Shown here: piece after piece, positions 31,573-40,192 of the stretch
Position numbering within the stretch: position 1 is the first letter of the stretch
Layout: each line of letters starts with the position of its first letter
Assembly: GCF_963518475.1 (NCBI RefSeq)
Contig: NZ_CAUQJA010000001.1
Coordinates: 78,018 to 142,017 of the forward strand
Source of the DNA: an uncultured Streptococcus sp.
GTDB lineage: Bacteria; Bacillota; Bacilli; Lactobacillales; Streptococcaceae
Reading direction: 5' to 3'
Length of the DNA: 64,000 nucleotides
Position numbers and translations under genes: made by a program
The notes under the pieces: generated by a model
Databases searched by the model: none
Told to the model about the DNA's origin: nothing
The model's input: only the letters and a program-made list of their open reading frames with translations

Positions 31573-31601
31573 CCAGAGGTTGCAACCCAGCCTCTGTTTT
31601 T
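31573..31601 (+). terminator. Rho-independent terminator downstream of dnaK
   Basis: ccagagg / cctctg stem around ttgcaacccag, then ttttt. Confidence 0.7.
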
Positions 31602-31624
31602 CGATAAAATAGAGGATGTTGCTT

Positions 31625-32257
31625 ATGAAAAAAGTACTTTGTGTCATTTATCCTAATTTTTCTCTTTATGAGATAGCCTCTTTAACAAGTACTTTAGCTC
31701 TGTCTTTTGACATCACGATTGATTATGTAGCTTCAGATCATTCGATGGTGGTCTCTGAGGATGGCTTGCCTTGTTTACCTACAAAAACATTGGATCAAGT
31801 ACGTATAGAAGAGTATTCTTGTGTGATTTTGCCAGGAATGGTAAATATAGGGCCTGCTCTACAGGATGAGAAATTGATCTCGTTTTTGAGAAGCCTTAAT
31901 GAGCAAGATATCCTAATTGCAGCCATTTCTTCAGCGCCCCTTTTATTGGCGAAAGCAGGCTTGTTGAACGAAACGAAATTTACAGGTGGAATTTGGCAAA
32001 ACTTCTTTGACTATTTTGAATTTCTTCCACGTGAGAATTTCCAACCGAAAGTTCTTGTCCAAGATAAACAAATCATTACGGCTATCGGTTTTGCACATCA
32101 AGAGTTTGCAAGAAAAGTGATTTTCGGTTTAGGGTTGGCAGAGAATACGGACAACTATTTTAAAGAACAGAACGAGTATGCTGAAGAGGATTTGATATTT
32201 ACTCTATCAGATGAAGAGTTTAATCAAGTAAAGCAAAGTATAGAAAACAGTCTCTAA
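31625..32257 (+). CDS. DJ-1/PfpI-family (class I glutamine amidotransferase-like) protein; nucleophile position is Ser
   Basis: VILPG and IAAISSAPLLLAKAGLL align with the DJ-1 nucleophile elbow AAIC.G. 210 aa from MKKVLCV. Confidence 0.65.
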   Translation: MKKVLCVIYPNFSLYEIASLTSTLALSFDITIDYVASDHSMVVSEDGLPCLPTKTLDQVRIEEYSCVILPGMVNIGPALQDEKLISFLRSLNEQDILIAAISSAPLLLAKAGLLNETKFTGGIWQNFFDYFEFLPRENFQPKVLVQDKQIITAIGFAHQEFARKVIFGLGLAENTDNYFKEQNEYAEEDLIFTLSDEEFNQVKQSIENSL

Positions 32258-32275
32258 AGATTTACATGAAAATTA

Positions 32276-32476
32276 TAGAAAGGAACAAAGGTGTTCAGGG
32301 AATTGAACACGGGTTCCCAAATTTCTTACTCAATATAAAAGAAAGGAATTGAACCCGGCCTAAATCGAGGTTTGATTCAAAATATCAATAGAAAGGAACA
32401 AGGGTGTTCGTAACTGAACACGGGTTCCCAAATTTCTTATTCAATATAACAGAAAGGAATTGAACCCGACCTAAAT
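32276..32476. repeat. 112-bp tandem repeat (about 1.8 copies) with internal hairpins
   Basis: Units start at 32276 and 32388 (atagaaaggaacaa.ggtgttc...). Each contains a gtgttca/tgaacac stem and ggaattgaac(a/c)cgg sub-repeats. Confidence 0.85.
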
Positions 32477-32516
32477 TCTCGGAAAAAAGATAAATCTGTC
32501 TAGGAGCATCGCTCCA

Positions 32517-32537
32517 GCGTCAGATTTCCTATTTTTC
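32517..32537. repeat. Right arm of the inverted repeat bounding the dnaK-dnaJ intergenic cassette
   Basis: gcgtcagatttcctatttttc. Confidence 0.8.
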
Positions 32538-32566
32538 AGTCGAATTTTACGGTCTTGGTATCTTGT

Positions 32567-33703
32567 ATGAACAATACTGAATTTTATGATCGTCTGGGGG
32601 TGTCAAAAAACGCTTCGGCAGACGAGATCAAAAAGGCTTATCGTAAGCTTTCGAAAAAATATCACCCAGATATCAACAAGGAGCCTGGTGCTGAGGAAAA
32701 GTACAAGGAAGTTCAGGAAGCCTATGAGACTTTGAGTGACGACCAAAAACGTGCGGCCTATGACCAATATGGTGCGGCTGGAGCCAACGGTGGTTTTGGT
32801 GGAGCTGGTGGTTTCGGCGGTTTCGATGGGGCAGGAGGCTTCGGTGGTTTTGAGGATATTTTCTCAAGTTTCTTCGGCGGAGGCGGTGCTTCGCGCAATC
32901 CAAACGCTCCTCGCCAAGGGGATGACCTCCAATACCGTGTGAATTTGACCTTTGAAGAAGCTATTTTTGGAGCTGAAAAAGAGGTTAAGTACAATCGTGA
33001 AGCAAGCTGTAGTACATGTAATGGCTCAGGTGCTAAGCCAGGAACAAGTCCAGTTACTTGTGGACGCTGTCATGGCGCTGGTGTCATTAACGTCGATACA
33101 CAAACTCCTCTTGGTATGATGCGTCGCCAAGTAACCTGTGATGTCTGTCACGGTCGCGGAAAAGAAATCAAAGATCCATGTACAACATGTCACGGAACAG
33201 GGCATGAAAAACAAGCGCATAGCGTACATGTGAAAATTCCTGCTGGTGTGGAAACTGGTCAACAAATTCGCCTAGCTGGTCAGGGTGAAGCTGGATTTAA
33301 CGGTGGACCTTATGGTGACTTGTATGTAGTGGTTTCTGTGGAAGCCAGCGATAAGTTTGAACGTGAAGGAACGACTATCTTCTACAATCTCAACCTCAAC
33401 TTTGTCCAAGCAGCTCTTGGTGACACAGTTGATATCCCAACTGTTCATGGTGATGTTGAATTGGTTATTCCAGAGGGAACTCAGACTGGTAAGAAATTCC
33501 GTTTACGTGGTAAGGGAGCTCCGAGCCTTCGTGGCGGTGCAGTTGGTGACCAATACGTTACCGTTAATGTCGTAACACCGACAGGCTTGAACGACCGCCA
33601 AAAAGCAGCCTTGAAAGAATTCGCAGCTGCTGGTGATTTAAAAGTCAATCCAAAGAAAAAAGGCTTTTTTGACCATATTAAAGATGCCTTTGAAGGAGAA
33701 TAA
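32567..33703 (+). CDS. dnaJ: Chaperone DnaJ
   Basis: J domain (YHPD), G/F-rich region and four CxxCxGxG zinc motifs. Start at [12 protein letters not shown]. Confidence 0.96.
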   Translation: MNNTEFYDRLGVSKNASADEIKKAYRKLSKKYHPDINKEPGAEEKYKEVQEAYETLSDDQKRAAYDQYGAAGANGGFGGAGGFGGFDGAGGFGGFEDIFSSFFGGGGASRNPNAPRQGDDLQYRVNLTFEEAIFGAEKEVKYNREASCSTCNGSGAKPGTSPVTCGRCHGAGVINVDTQTPLGMMRRQVTCDVCHGRGKEIKDPCTTCHGTGHEKQAHSVHVKIPAGVETGQQIRLAGQGEAGFNGGPYGDLYVVVSVEASDKFEREGTTIFYNLNLNFVQAALGDTVDIPTVHGDVELVIPEGTQTGKKFRLRGKGAPSLRGGAVGDQYVTVNVVTPTGLNDRQKAALKEFAAAGDLKVNPKKKGFFDHIKDAFEGE

Positions 33704-33705
33704 AG

Positions 33706-33731
33706 CAAAAAGAGCCGTCGGGCTCTTTTTA
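33706..33731. terminator. Bidirectional terminator
   Basis: agagcc gtcg ggctct, flanked by A-run and T-run. Confidence 0.8.
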
Positions 33732-34016
33732 CTTATCTTCAGTTTCCTGTGTTTCTTTGATCACAGCTAGTCTAGTCTGGATATCCTTTTCCAAGACCTT
33801 AAACTTGTAAGTCAGGTCTTCTTGATATTCCTTGATGAGTTCTTTTTGCTGGTCGATGATTTGCAGGCTGTTTTGGATAATATCCACATCATCCTTGATA
33901 GCTTGAACGCGGTCAGTGGTATTCAAGACTTCATCTGTGATGGTTTGGCGATTTTTTGTGAGCAGATAACTTCCAGCTGCAGCTCCTGCAAATAGCAGTA
34001 GGTTGGATAATTTCAT
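33729..34016 (-). CDS. Small N-terminally anchored coiled-coil protein (YtxH-like)
   Basis: 95 aa with one TM helix followed by heptad-like charged sequence. Confidence 0.5.
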   Translation of the reverse strand: MKLSNLLLFAGAAAGSYLLTKNRQTITDEVLNTTDRVQAIKDDVDIIQNSLQIIDQQKELIKEYQEDLTYKFKVLEKDIQTRLAVIKETQETEDK

Positions 34017-34025
34017 GGCAACTCC

Positions 34026-34436
34026 TTAGGCGTTTTTGATGGTTTCAGCGACTTGAGCAAGTTTGTCAAAGTCTGGTTCGTGGGCTATAAAATCAATCTT
34101 GAGGTCATCGTCCGCACTGTAGCGAGGCACGAGGTGAACGTGGGTATGAAAGACTGTTTGACCAGCGATTTCTTCACAGTTGGCAATGATATTCATGCCA
34201 GCAGCCTTGGTAGCTTTCATGACTTTTTGAGCTACTTTTGGTACTTGGGCAAAGAGTTGGCTGGCGCTAGTAGCATCCATTTCTAAAAGATTGCGATAGT
34301 GTTCCTTTGGCACGACCAAGGTGTGTCCTGGTGTCACTTGAGAGATATCAAGAAAGGCAAGAACCTGCTCATCTTCATATACTTTTGAAGCAGGAATTTC
34401 CCCTGCGATGATTTTACAAAAAATGCAATCTGACAT
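34026..34436 (-). CDS. hit: HIT-family nucleotide hydrolase
   Basis: CIFCKI and HTHVHLVP histidine triad. Confidence 0.9.
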   Translation of the reverse strand: MSDCIFCKIIAGEIPASKVYEDEQVLAFLDISQVTPGHTLVVPKEHYRNLLEMDATSASQLFAQVPKVAQKVMKATKAAGMNIIANCEEIAGQTVFHTHVHLVPRYSADDDLKIDFIAHEPDFDKLAQVAETIKNA

Positions 34437-34503
34437 AAAATCTACCTCTACTGTATTGAATTTTGATATAATATAGCTACATTATACCAGATTTGGAGAA
34501 AAT

Positions 34504-35235
34504 ATGTTAGAAATTAAAAACCTGACAGGTGGCTATGTTCATGTCCCTGTTTTGAAAGATGTGTCTTTTACCGTTGAAAGTGGACAGTTGGTCGGTTTGA
34601 TTGGTCTCAATGGTGCTGGAAAATCGACGACAATCAATGAGATTATCGGTCTGTTGACACCTTATAGCGGTTCTATCAATATCAATGGCTTGACCCTGCA
34701 AGAAGATGCAACGAGCTACCGCAAGCAAATTGGCTACATTCCTGAGACACCTAGTCTGTATGAGGAATTGACCCTCAGAGAGCATATCGAAACGGTTGCT
34801 ATGGCTTATGGTATTGAGCAGAAAGTGGCTTTTGAGCGAGTAGAGCCCTTGTTAAAAATGTTCCGTTTGGACCAGAAATTAGACTGGTTTCCTGTTCATT
34901 TTTCAAAAGGGATGAAGCAAAAGGTCATGATTATCTGTGCTTTTGTGGTGGATCCAAGTCTTTTCATTGTGGATGAGCCTTTCCTTGGTCTCGATCCGCT
35001 AGCTATTGCGGACTTGATTCAGCTTTTGGAAGTGGAAAAGCAAAAGGGTAAGTCCATACTCATGAGTACCCACGTGCTGGATTCGGCTGAGAAGATGTGT
35101 GATGCCTTTGTCATTCTTCACAAGGGAGAGGTGCGTGCCAAAGGCAATCTCCTACAACTGCGCGAAGCCTTTGATATGCCTGAGGCTAGTTTGAATGATA
35201 TTTACTTGGCTCTGACCAAAGAGGAGGACCTATGA
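34504..35235 (+). CDS. ecsA: ABC transporter ATP-binding protein EcsA
   Basis: Walker A GLNGAGKST. Divergent from hit, as in the Bacillus hit-ecsABC arrangement. Confidence 0.8.
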   Translation: MLEIKNLTGGYVHVPVLKDVSFTVESGQLVGLIGLNGAGKSTTINEIIGLLTPYSGSININGLTLQEDATSYRKQIGYIPETPSLYEELTLREHIETVAMAYGIEQKVAFERVEPLLKMFRLDQKLDWFPVHFSKGMKQKVMIICAFVVDPSLFIVDEPFLGLDPLAIADLIQLLEVEKQKGKSILMSTHVLDSAEKMCDAFVILHKGEVRAKGNLLQLREAFDMPEASLNDIYLALTKEEDL

Positions 35236-36281
35236 AAGACTTGTTTTTAAAGAGAAAGCAGGCTTTTCGTAAGGAGTGTCTTGGTTATCTGCGCTATGTT
35301 CTCAATGACCACTTTGTCTTGTTCCTGCTTGTCCTGCTGGGATTTCTAGCCTACCAGTACAGTCAACTCTTGCAACATTTTCCTGAAAATCATTGGCCTA
35401 TCCTTTTGTTTGTAGGAATTACGTCTGTTTTACTTTTGCTTTGGGGAGGAATTGCCACCTATATGGAGGCTCCAGACAAGCTCTTTCTCTTGGTCGGAGA
35501 AGAGGAAATCAAACTCCATCTCAATCGTCAAACTGGCATTTCTCTAGCCTTTTGGCTCTTTGTCCAGACCCTTTTCTTGCTGTTATTTGCGCCCTTATTT
35601 TTAGCCATGGGTTATGGCTTACCTGTTTTTCTGGTCTATGTGCTTTTATTGGGGGTAGGAAAATATTTCCTCTTTCGTCAAAAGGCCAGCAAATTTTTCA
35701 CGGAAACTGGACTGAACTGGGACTATGTCATTTCCCAAGAAAGTAAGCGTAAGCAAGTCTTGCTTCGTTTCTTTGCCCTCTTTACGCAGGTCAAGGGAAT
35801 TTCAAACAGCGTCAAGCGTCGTGCTTATCTGGACTTTATCCTAAAGGCTGTTCAGAAGGTGCCTGGGAAGATTTGGCAAAATCTCTATCTGCGTTCTTAT
35901 TTGCGAAATGGAGACCTCTTTGCTCTCAGTCTCCGTCTGCTCTTGCTTTCCATACTGGCGCAGGTTTTTATCGAGCAAGCTTGGATTGCGACAGCAGTGG
36001 TGGTTCTCTTTAACTACCTCTTGCTCTTCCAGTTGCTGGCCCTCTATCATGCCTTTGACTACCAGTATTTAACCCAACTCTTTCCACTGGACAAGGGGCA
36101 AAAGGAAAAAGGCTTACAGGCTGTAGTCCGAGGATTGACCAGTTTTGTTTTACTTGTGGAATTAGTTGTTGGGTTGATTACCTTCCAAGAAAAACTAGCA
36201 CTTCTAGCCTTACTGGGAGCTGGTTTAGTTTTACTAGTCTTGTACTTACCTTATCAGGTAAAACGTCAGATGCAGGACTAA
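35232..36281 (+). CDS. ecsB: ABC transporter permease EcsB
   Basis: 349-aa polytopic protein. ATGA overlap with ecsA. Confidence 0.7.
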   Translation: MKDLFLKRKQAFRKECLGYLRYVLNDHFVLFLLVLLGFLAYQYSQLLQHFPENHWPILLFVGITSVLLLLWGGIATYMEAPDKLFLLVGEEEIKLHLNRQTGISLAFWLFVQTLFLLLFAPLFLAMGYGLPVFLVYVLLLGVGKYFLFRQKASKFFTETGLNWDYVISQESKRKQVLLRFFALFTQVKGISNSVKRRAYLDFILKAVQKVPGKIWQNLYLRSYLRNGDLFALSLRLLLLSILAQVFIEQAWIATAVVVLFNYLLLFQLLALYHAFDYQYLTQLFPLDKGQKEKGLQAVVRGLTSFVLLVELVVGLITFQEKLALLALLGAGLVLLVLYLPYQVKRQMQD

Positions 36282-36299
36282 CATTGCCTATATGACACT

Positions 36300-36340
36300 A
36301 AAAAAGAAGTTGAGTTCAGTTTGTCTCAACTTCTTTTATT
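36300..36340. terminator. Bidirectional terminator
   Basis: 11-bp stem aagaagttgag / ctcaacttctt with flanking A-run and T-run. Confidence 0.85.
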
Positions 36341-36342
36341 TT

Positions 36343-36672
36343 CTACAAGATAATGGTTGGTCCGTAGAGACTCAACTTGGTCTTGACCTGGTCAAAGTGG
36401 AAGCGGTCATAGGCCCGCCAAGCGGCACGAGTTGGAGCATCTGGATCAAGAGCGCTGAGTCCCATGAGAAGACTGGAAGTCTGGTAAAATTTTTCCAGTT
36501 CAATCAAAACTCGATTATCCACTGTCTCAGCCTTGGCTAGAAAACTAAGAATAGAGTTTAATTGCTCCTGAAAGCGGACGTCGTCAGCGGTTGCCTGTTT
36601 GCATGCTTGGTAGGCTTTGTTTAAGTCAGTAATCAAAGTCTGAGCTCTTTTGATAGGGTCTGTATCTGTCAT
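36343..36672 (-). CDS. Small soluble protein divergent from the blp-type regulator genes (positional equivalent of blpT)
   Basis: 109 aa. RBS aaaggagg. The assignment rests on position only. Confidence 0.5.
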   Translation of the reverse strand: MTDTDPIKRAQTLITDLNKAYQACKQATADDVRFQEQLNSILSFLAKAETVDNRVLIELEKFYQTSSLLMGLSALDPDAPTRAAWRAYDRFHFDQVKTKLSLYGPTIIL

Positions 36673-36734
36673 GAGAATTCCTCCTTTAATCTGGGTGCCA
36701 GTCTTGATTCTAGCAATTGTGTTTTGATACTGTC

Positions 36735-36800
36735 AGTTTATCACTTTTATCTCCTTTTTAGCCTTCAAATCTTTAATTGTTCTTGAAATTTCCTGAATGG
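36735..36800 (-). promoter_or_regulatory. Candidate LytTR-type (BlpR-like) repeat promoter for the minus-strand gene
   Basis: Minus strand reads ccattcagg aaatttcaaga acaattaaaga, then about 29 nt, then tgataaact (extended -10). Confidence 0.35.
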
Positions 36801-36967
36801 TACTGTTAAGATTTTATGATAAAATAGTTGTAAGATTATCATGCTTATTTGAGGAACAAGATACCCTTCAGGAGCGTTGAAGGCCTGTTTAGGATTTGGT
36901 GGACTTGTATCATAGTATTTTTGCTATTCTCTTTTTAGGAAGAAATCGAAACAAGGAGAGTAAGAAG

Positions 36968-37705
36968 ATGAGAATATTTGTTTTAGAAGATGATTTTTCC
37001 CAACAGACTAGGATTGAAACGACGATTAAGAAACTTTTGAAAGAACATCATATCATTCACAGCTCTTTTGAGGTCTTTGGCAAGCCAGACCAACTGCTGG
37101 CAGAGGTGCATGAGAAGGGGGCGCATCAGCTATTCTTTTTGGATATTGAGATTCGAAATGAGGAGATGAAAGGTCTAGAGGTGGCTAGAAAGATTCGGGA
37201 TTGGGATCCGTATGCCTTGATTGTCTTTGTGACGACTCACTCGGAGTTTATGCCTCTGTCCTTTCGCTACCAAGTGTCAGCTTTGGACTACATTGATAAG
37301 ACCTTGTCAGCAGAGGAGTTTGAATCTCGTATCGAGACAGCTCTCCTCTATGCCAATAGTCAAGACAGTAAAAGTCTGGCGGAAGATTGCTTTTACTTTA
37401 AATCAAAATTTGCTCAATTCCAGTATCCGTTTAAAGAGGTTTATTATCTCGAAACATCGCCCAGAGCCCATCGTGTTATTCTCTATACCAAGACAGACAG
37501 GTTGGAATTTACGGCGAGTTTAGAGGAGGTTTTCAAGCAGGAACCTCGTCTCTTGCAGTGCCATCGCTCTTTTCTGATTAATCCTGCCAATGTGGTGCGT
37601 TTGGATAAGAAAGAAAAACTTCTTTACTTTCCCAATGGTGGAAGTTGTATGATAGCGCGTTATAAGGTCAGGGAAGTGTCTGAGGCTATCAATGACTTAC
37701 ACTGA
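36968..37705 (+). CDS. blpR: LytTR-family response regulator (BlpR-like)
   Basis: Receiver domain (MRIFVLEDD...FLDIE) plus a LytTR C-terminus. RBS aaggagag. The track start at 36896 has no RBS. Confidence 0.8.
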   Translation: MRIFVLEDDFSQQTRIETTIKKLLKEHHIIHSSFEVFGKPDQLLAEVHEKGAHQLFFLDIEIRNEEMKGLEVARKIRDWDPYALIVFVTTHSEFMPLSFRYQVSALDYIDKTLSAEEFESRIETALLYANSQDSKSLAEDCFYFKSKFAQFQYPFKEVYYLETSPRAHRVILYTKTDRLEFTASLEEVFKQEPRLLQCHRSFLINPANVVRLDKKEKLLYFPNGGSCMIARYKVREVSEAINDLH

Positions 37706-37718
37706 GCTAGGAGAGTTT

Positions 37719-39068
37719 ATGAACATTGCTTGGATATTGTTGTATTTTCTTGTTATTAATGGACTAGAAATTGTCATTTTCTTTAAGGTAGATGGAATTG
37801 GTCTCACTTTTGAGAGGATTTTTAAAGCTTTTCTTTTGAAATTTCTTCTAGGGGCCATTTTTGCGACTTTTCAATTTTTGGATGTAAGTGAATATTTGTC
37901 CTATTTTATAGAACCTTTGTTCGGTATATGTCTATCTTTCTTACTGTTAAGAGGGCTTCCTAAAAAACTCCTTTTCTTTTATGGTCTCTTTCCAATTGTA
38001 TTGATGGATCTCTTTTACAGAAGTGTTTCCTATTTTGTGTTTCCGTTTTTGGGGCAAGGGATTGTAGATGGAGATGGAAATCCTCTCTTTTTGTTGATTA
38101 TGCTATTCGTTTGCTTCATAGTATTAGTCTTTTTGAAATGGTTGGACTATGATTTTACTAGATTGAGAAAGGAGTTTCTCGATAAAGGTTTTCAACAGTC
38201 CCTGACTAAGATTAACTGGATAATGGGGGCTTACTTTCTAGTCATGGAAAATCTGTCTTACTTTGAATATGCATACGATATCCAATCAAAGACTGTTCGC
38301 CATCTCATCCTAGTTTTTTACCTCCTCTTTTTTATGGGGATTGTCAAGAAATTGGATACCTATTTGAAGGAAAAACTCCATGAGAGATTGGACCAAGAGC
38401 AGGCCTTGCGCTACAGAGATATGGAACGCTATAGTCGGCATATAGAGGAACTTTACAAGGAAGTCCGGAGTTTTCGCCATGACTACACCAACCTCTTGAC
38501 CAGCTTACGTCTGGGCATTGAAGAGGAGGATATGGAGCAGATAAAAGAGGTCTATGACTCGGTCTTAAAGGATTCTAGTGAAAAATTGCAGGACAATAAA
38601 TATGACCTGGGCAGATTGGTGAATGTTCGAGACCGTGCCCTCAAAAGTCTTCTAGCAGGGAAATTTCTAAAAGCCAGAGATAAGAAGATTGTCTTTAATG
38701 TCGAAGTTCCTGAGGAGATTCAGGTAGAGGGGATGAGCTTGCTTGATTTTCTAACCATTGTGTCTATCCTTTGTGACAATGCTATTGAAGCTAGTGTAGA
38801 AGCCTGTCAACCTCATGTTTCAATCGCCTTTTTAAAAAATGGGGCACAGGAGACCTTTATCATCGAAAATTCCATCAAAGAAGAGGGCATCGATATTTCT
38901 GAAATCTTCTCCTTTGGAGCAAGTTCTAAAGGGGAGGAGAGAGGAGTTGGTCTCTATACCGTCATGAAAATTGTGGAAAGCCATCCTAATACCAGTCTAA
39001 ATACCACCTGTCAAAATCAAGTCTTTCGTCAGGTTTTAACGATTCACTCGATGTCGGTTGATGATTAG
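37719..39068 (+). CDS. blpH: HPK10-type peptide-sensing histidine kinase (BlpH-like)
   Basis: About 6 TM helices, then FRHDYTN (H-box) and a GHKL ATPase (NAIEA ... G.GLY). Confidence 0.8.
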   Translation: MNIAWILLYFLVINGLEIVIFFKVDGIGLTFERIFKAFLLKFLLGAIFATFQFLDVSEYLSYFIEPLFGICLSFLLLRGLPKKLLFFYGLFPIVLMDLFYRSVSYFVFPFLGQGIVDGDGNPLFLLIMLFVCFIVLVFLKWLDYDFTRLRKEFLDKGFQQSLTKINWIMGAYFLVMENLSYFEYAYDIQSKTVRHLILVFYLLFFMGIVKKLDTYLKEKLHERLDQEQALRYRDMERYSRHIEELYKEVRSFRHDYTNLLTSLRLGIEEEDMEQIKEVYDSVLKDSSEKLQDNKYDLGRLVNVRDRALKSLLAGKFLKARDKKIVFNVEVPEEIQVEGMSLLDFLTIVSILCDNAIEASVEACQPHVSIAFLKNGAQETFIIENSIKEEGIDISEIFSFGASSKGEERGVGLYTVMKIVESHPNTSLNTTCQNQVFRQVLTIHSMSVDD

Positions 39069-39136
39069 AAGACTTGTGGAAAGAAGTACTGCCTGCAGTC
39101 ATCGATTAAAATACTATAGTATATGAGGTGTTCTAT

Positions 39137-39493
39137 ATGAATAAGAAATCCTTTTTTATCATCTGTTCTACGTTGATTATAGCATCGAATCTTCTCATGA
39201 TTTCGGTGGTGAACAAGGGAGAAGAAACAGGGAGCAACCTGTTTGTGATTGCTATAGCCTGTGTTATGTTACCATCATTCTTATATGCGGTTGAGAACCG
39301 AATGGCTTCTTTAATTCGGACAGAGTCAGTAGCTTTACTCTTATTAACAGTATTGTCTTTAGTCCGTCTTGTCAACAGAATAGAGAGGACGCCTGAAATT
39401 CTCAACATTATCATTACCCTCCTGGTTTTGGCAAGTGGGACAGCCTGTATCCTTGTTGCAATTATGAGAATATATGAGAACAGACGGAAGTGA
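39137..39493 (+). CDS. Hypothetical 4-TM membrane protein downstream of blpH
   Basis: 118 aa from the ATG at 39137 (RBS gaggtg). Hydrophobic, with no recognisable motif. Confidence 0.5.
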   Translation: MNKKSFFIICSTLIIASNLLMISVVNKGEETGSNLFVIAIACVMLPSFLYAVENRMASLIRTESVALLLLTVLSLVRLVNRIERTPEILNIIITLLVLASGTACILVAIMRIYENRRK

Positions 39494-39539
39494 GGGGAAT
39501 GGTTTTCTATTTTGTATTTTCACATTGTCAAGTTCCCTT

Positions 39540-39646
39540 AGGGCAAGTATGTTTTTCATGCTTGCTTTTTAAATTTTTTACAATTCAAGATGTTTTGATG
39601 ACCATTTATGATTTGGATGGAAAATTTTAAAAAATAGTAGTATACT
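39540..39646 (+). promoter_or_regulatory. Module 1: terminator hairpin plus BlpR/ComE-type direct-repeat promoter
   Basis: Hairpin gcaagtatg/catgcttgc plus T-run. Repeats acaattcaaga (39580) and accatttatga (39601) start 21 nt apart. -10 tatact at 39641. Confidence 0.75.
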
Positions 39647-39694
39647 AATCTTATTAAGGTTGTAATAGGACGAAAGTAAAAAGAGGTATTCCTC

Positions 39695-39739
39695 GTGAAT
39701 GCAAAAACAATGTTACAATTGGCTATTATAGTTGCTTAA
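39695..39739 (+). pseudogene. Possible remnant of a double-glycine bacteriocin/pheromone leader
   Basis: GTG-initiated (M)NAKTMLQLAIIVA* resembles the MNTKTM.QF start of blp bacteriocin leaders as I recall them. An in-frame TAA lies at 39737. Confidence 0.3.
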
Positions 39740-39782
39740 AGGCTTGAGCTTGTATGTAGAGGAGCTGTACTTGGAGGTAATT

Positions 39783-39902
39783 ATGGATTTCAAAAGTTTT
39801 CTTATTGCTTTTGTTGTTAGTATGTTTGTTTCTTTTATTACTTCTTTAATTAGGAAAAAATTTTTAAAATCTCCAAAGAAGAATAAAGATAGATCTAATT
39901 AG
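39783..39902 (+). CDS. 39-aa single-TM peptide with a basic tail (immunity-like small ORF, below the track cutoff)
   Basis: MDFKSFLIAFVVSMFVSFITSLIRKKFLKSPKKNKDRSN. RBS ggaggt lies 6 nt upstream. Sits downstream of module 1. Confidence 0.55.
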   Translation: MDFKSFLIAFVVSMFVSFITSLIRKKFLKSPKKNKDRSN

Positions 39903-40028
39903 ATAAAGAGATTTTTTATCGCTAGTTTAATCTACAGGGGAGTTTCTTTAATATTGTTTCGCCTGTCAAAATGATATGTGATAGCAGGAAAAAAATCTAA
40001 AAATTAAGTTGGTATCAATATGGTGTAA

Positions 40029-40135
40029 AGGGCAAGTATGTTTTTCATGCTTGCTTTTTTAATTTTTTACAATTCAAGATGTTTTGATGACCATTTATGA
40101 TTTGAGTGTTCCAAGGATAAAATGAGTGCTATACT
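40029..40135 (+). promoter_or_regulatory. Module 2: near-identical copy of the terminator plus direct-repeat promoter
   Basis: About 76 nt nearly identical to 39540-39615. Repeats at 40069 and 40090. -10 tatact at 40130. Confidence 0.75.
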
Positions 40136-40192
40136 AGCAGTGTAAAGGTTGAAGTTCAACTAAGATAAAGCATACATTTAGGAGGAAATTTT

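Noticed and set aside
32276-32476. Tandem repeat considered as a CRISPR array or as tRNA genes
   Set aside because: There are only about 1.8 copies, the period is 112 bp, and there is no spacer/repeat alternation. The T-arm-like motifs are not embedded in a foldable cloverleaf (no acceptor or anticodon arms found by eye).
32673-32994. Three overlapping alternate-frame ORFs in the dnaJ G/F region
   Set aside because: They are by-products of the GGT/GGC-rich Gly/Phe linker coding sequence.
39359-39559. 66-aa minus-strand ORF after blpH, considered as a possible blpC-type pheromone gene because pneumococcal blpC is on the opposite strand there
   Set aside because: It has no double-glycine leader. 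It overlaps the 3' end of the 118-aa membrane gene, and its start lies inside the terminator hairpin of module 1.
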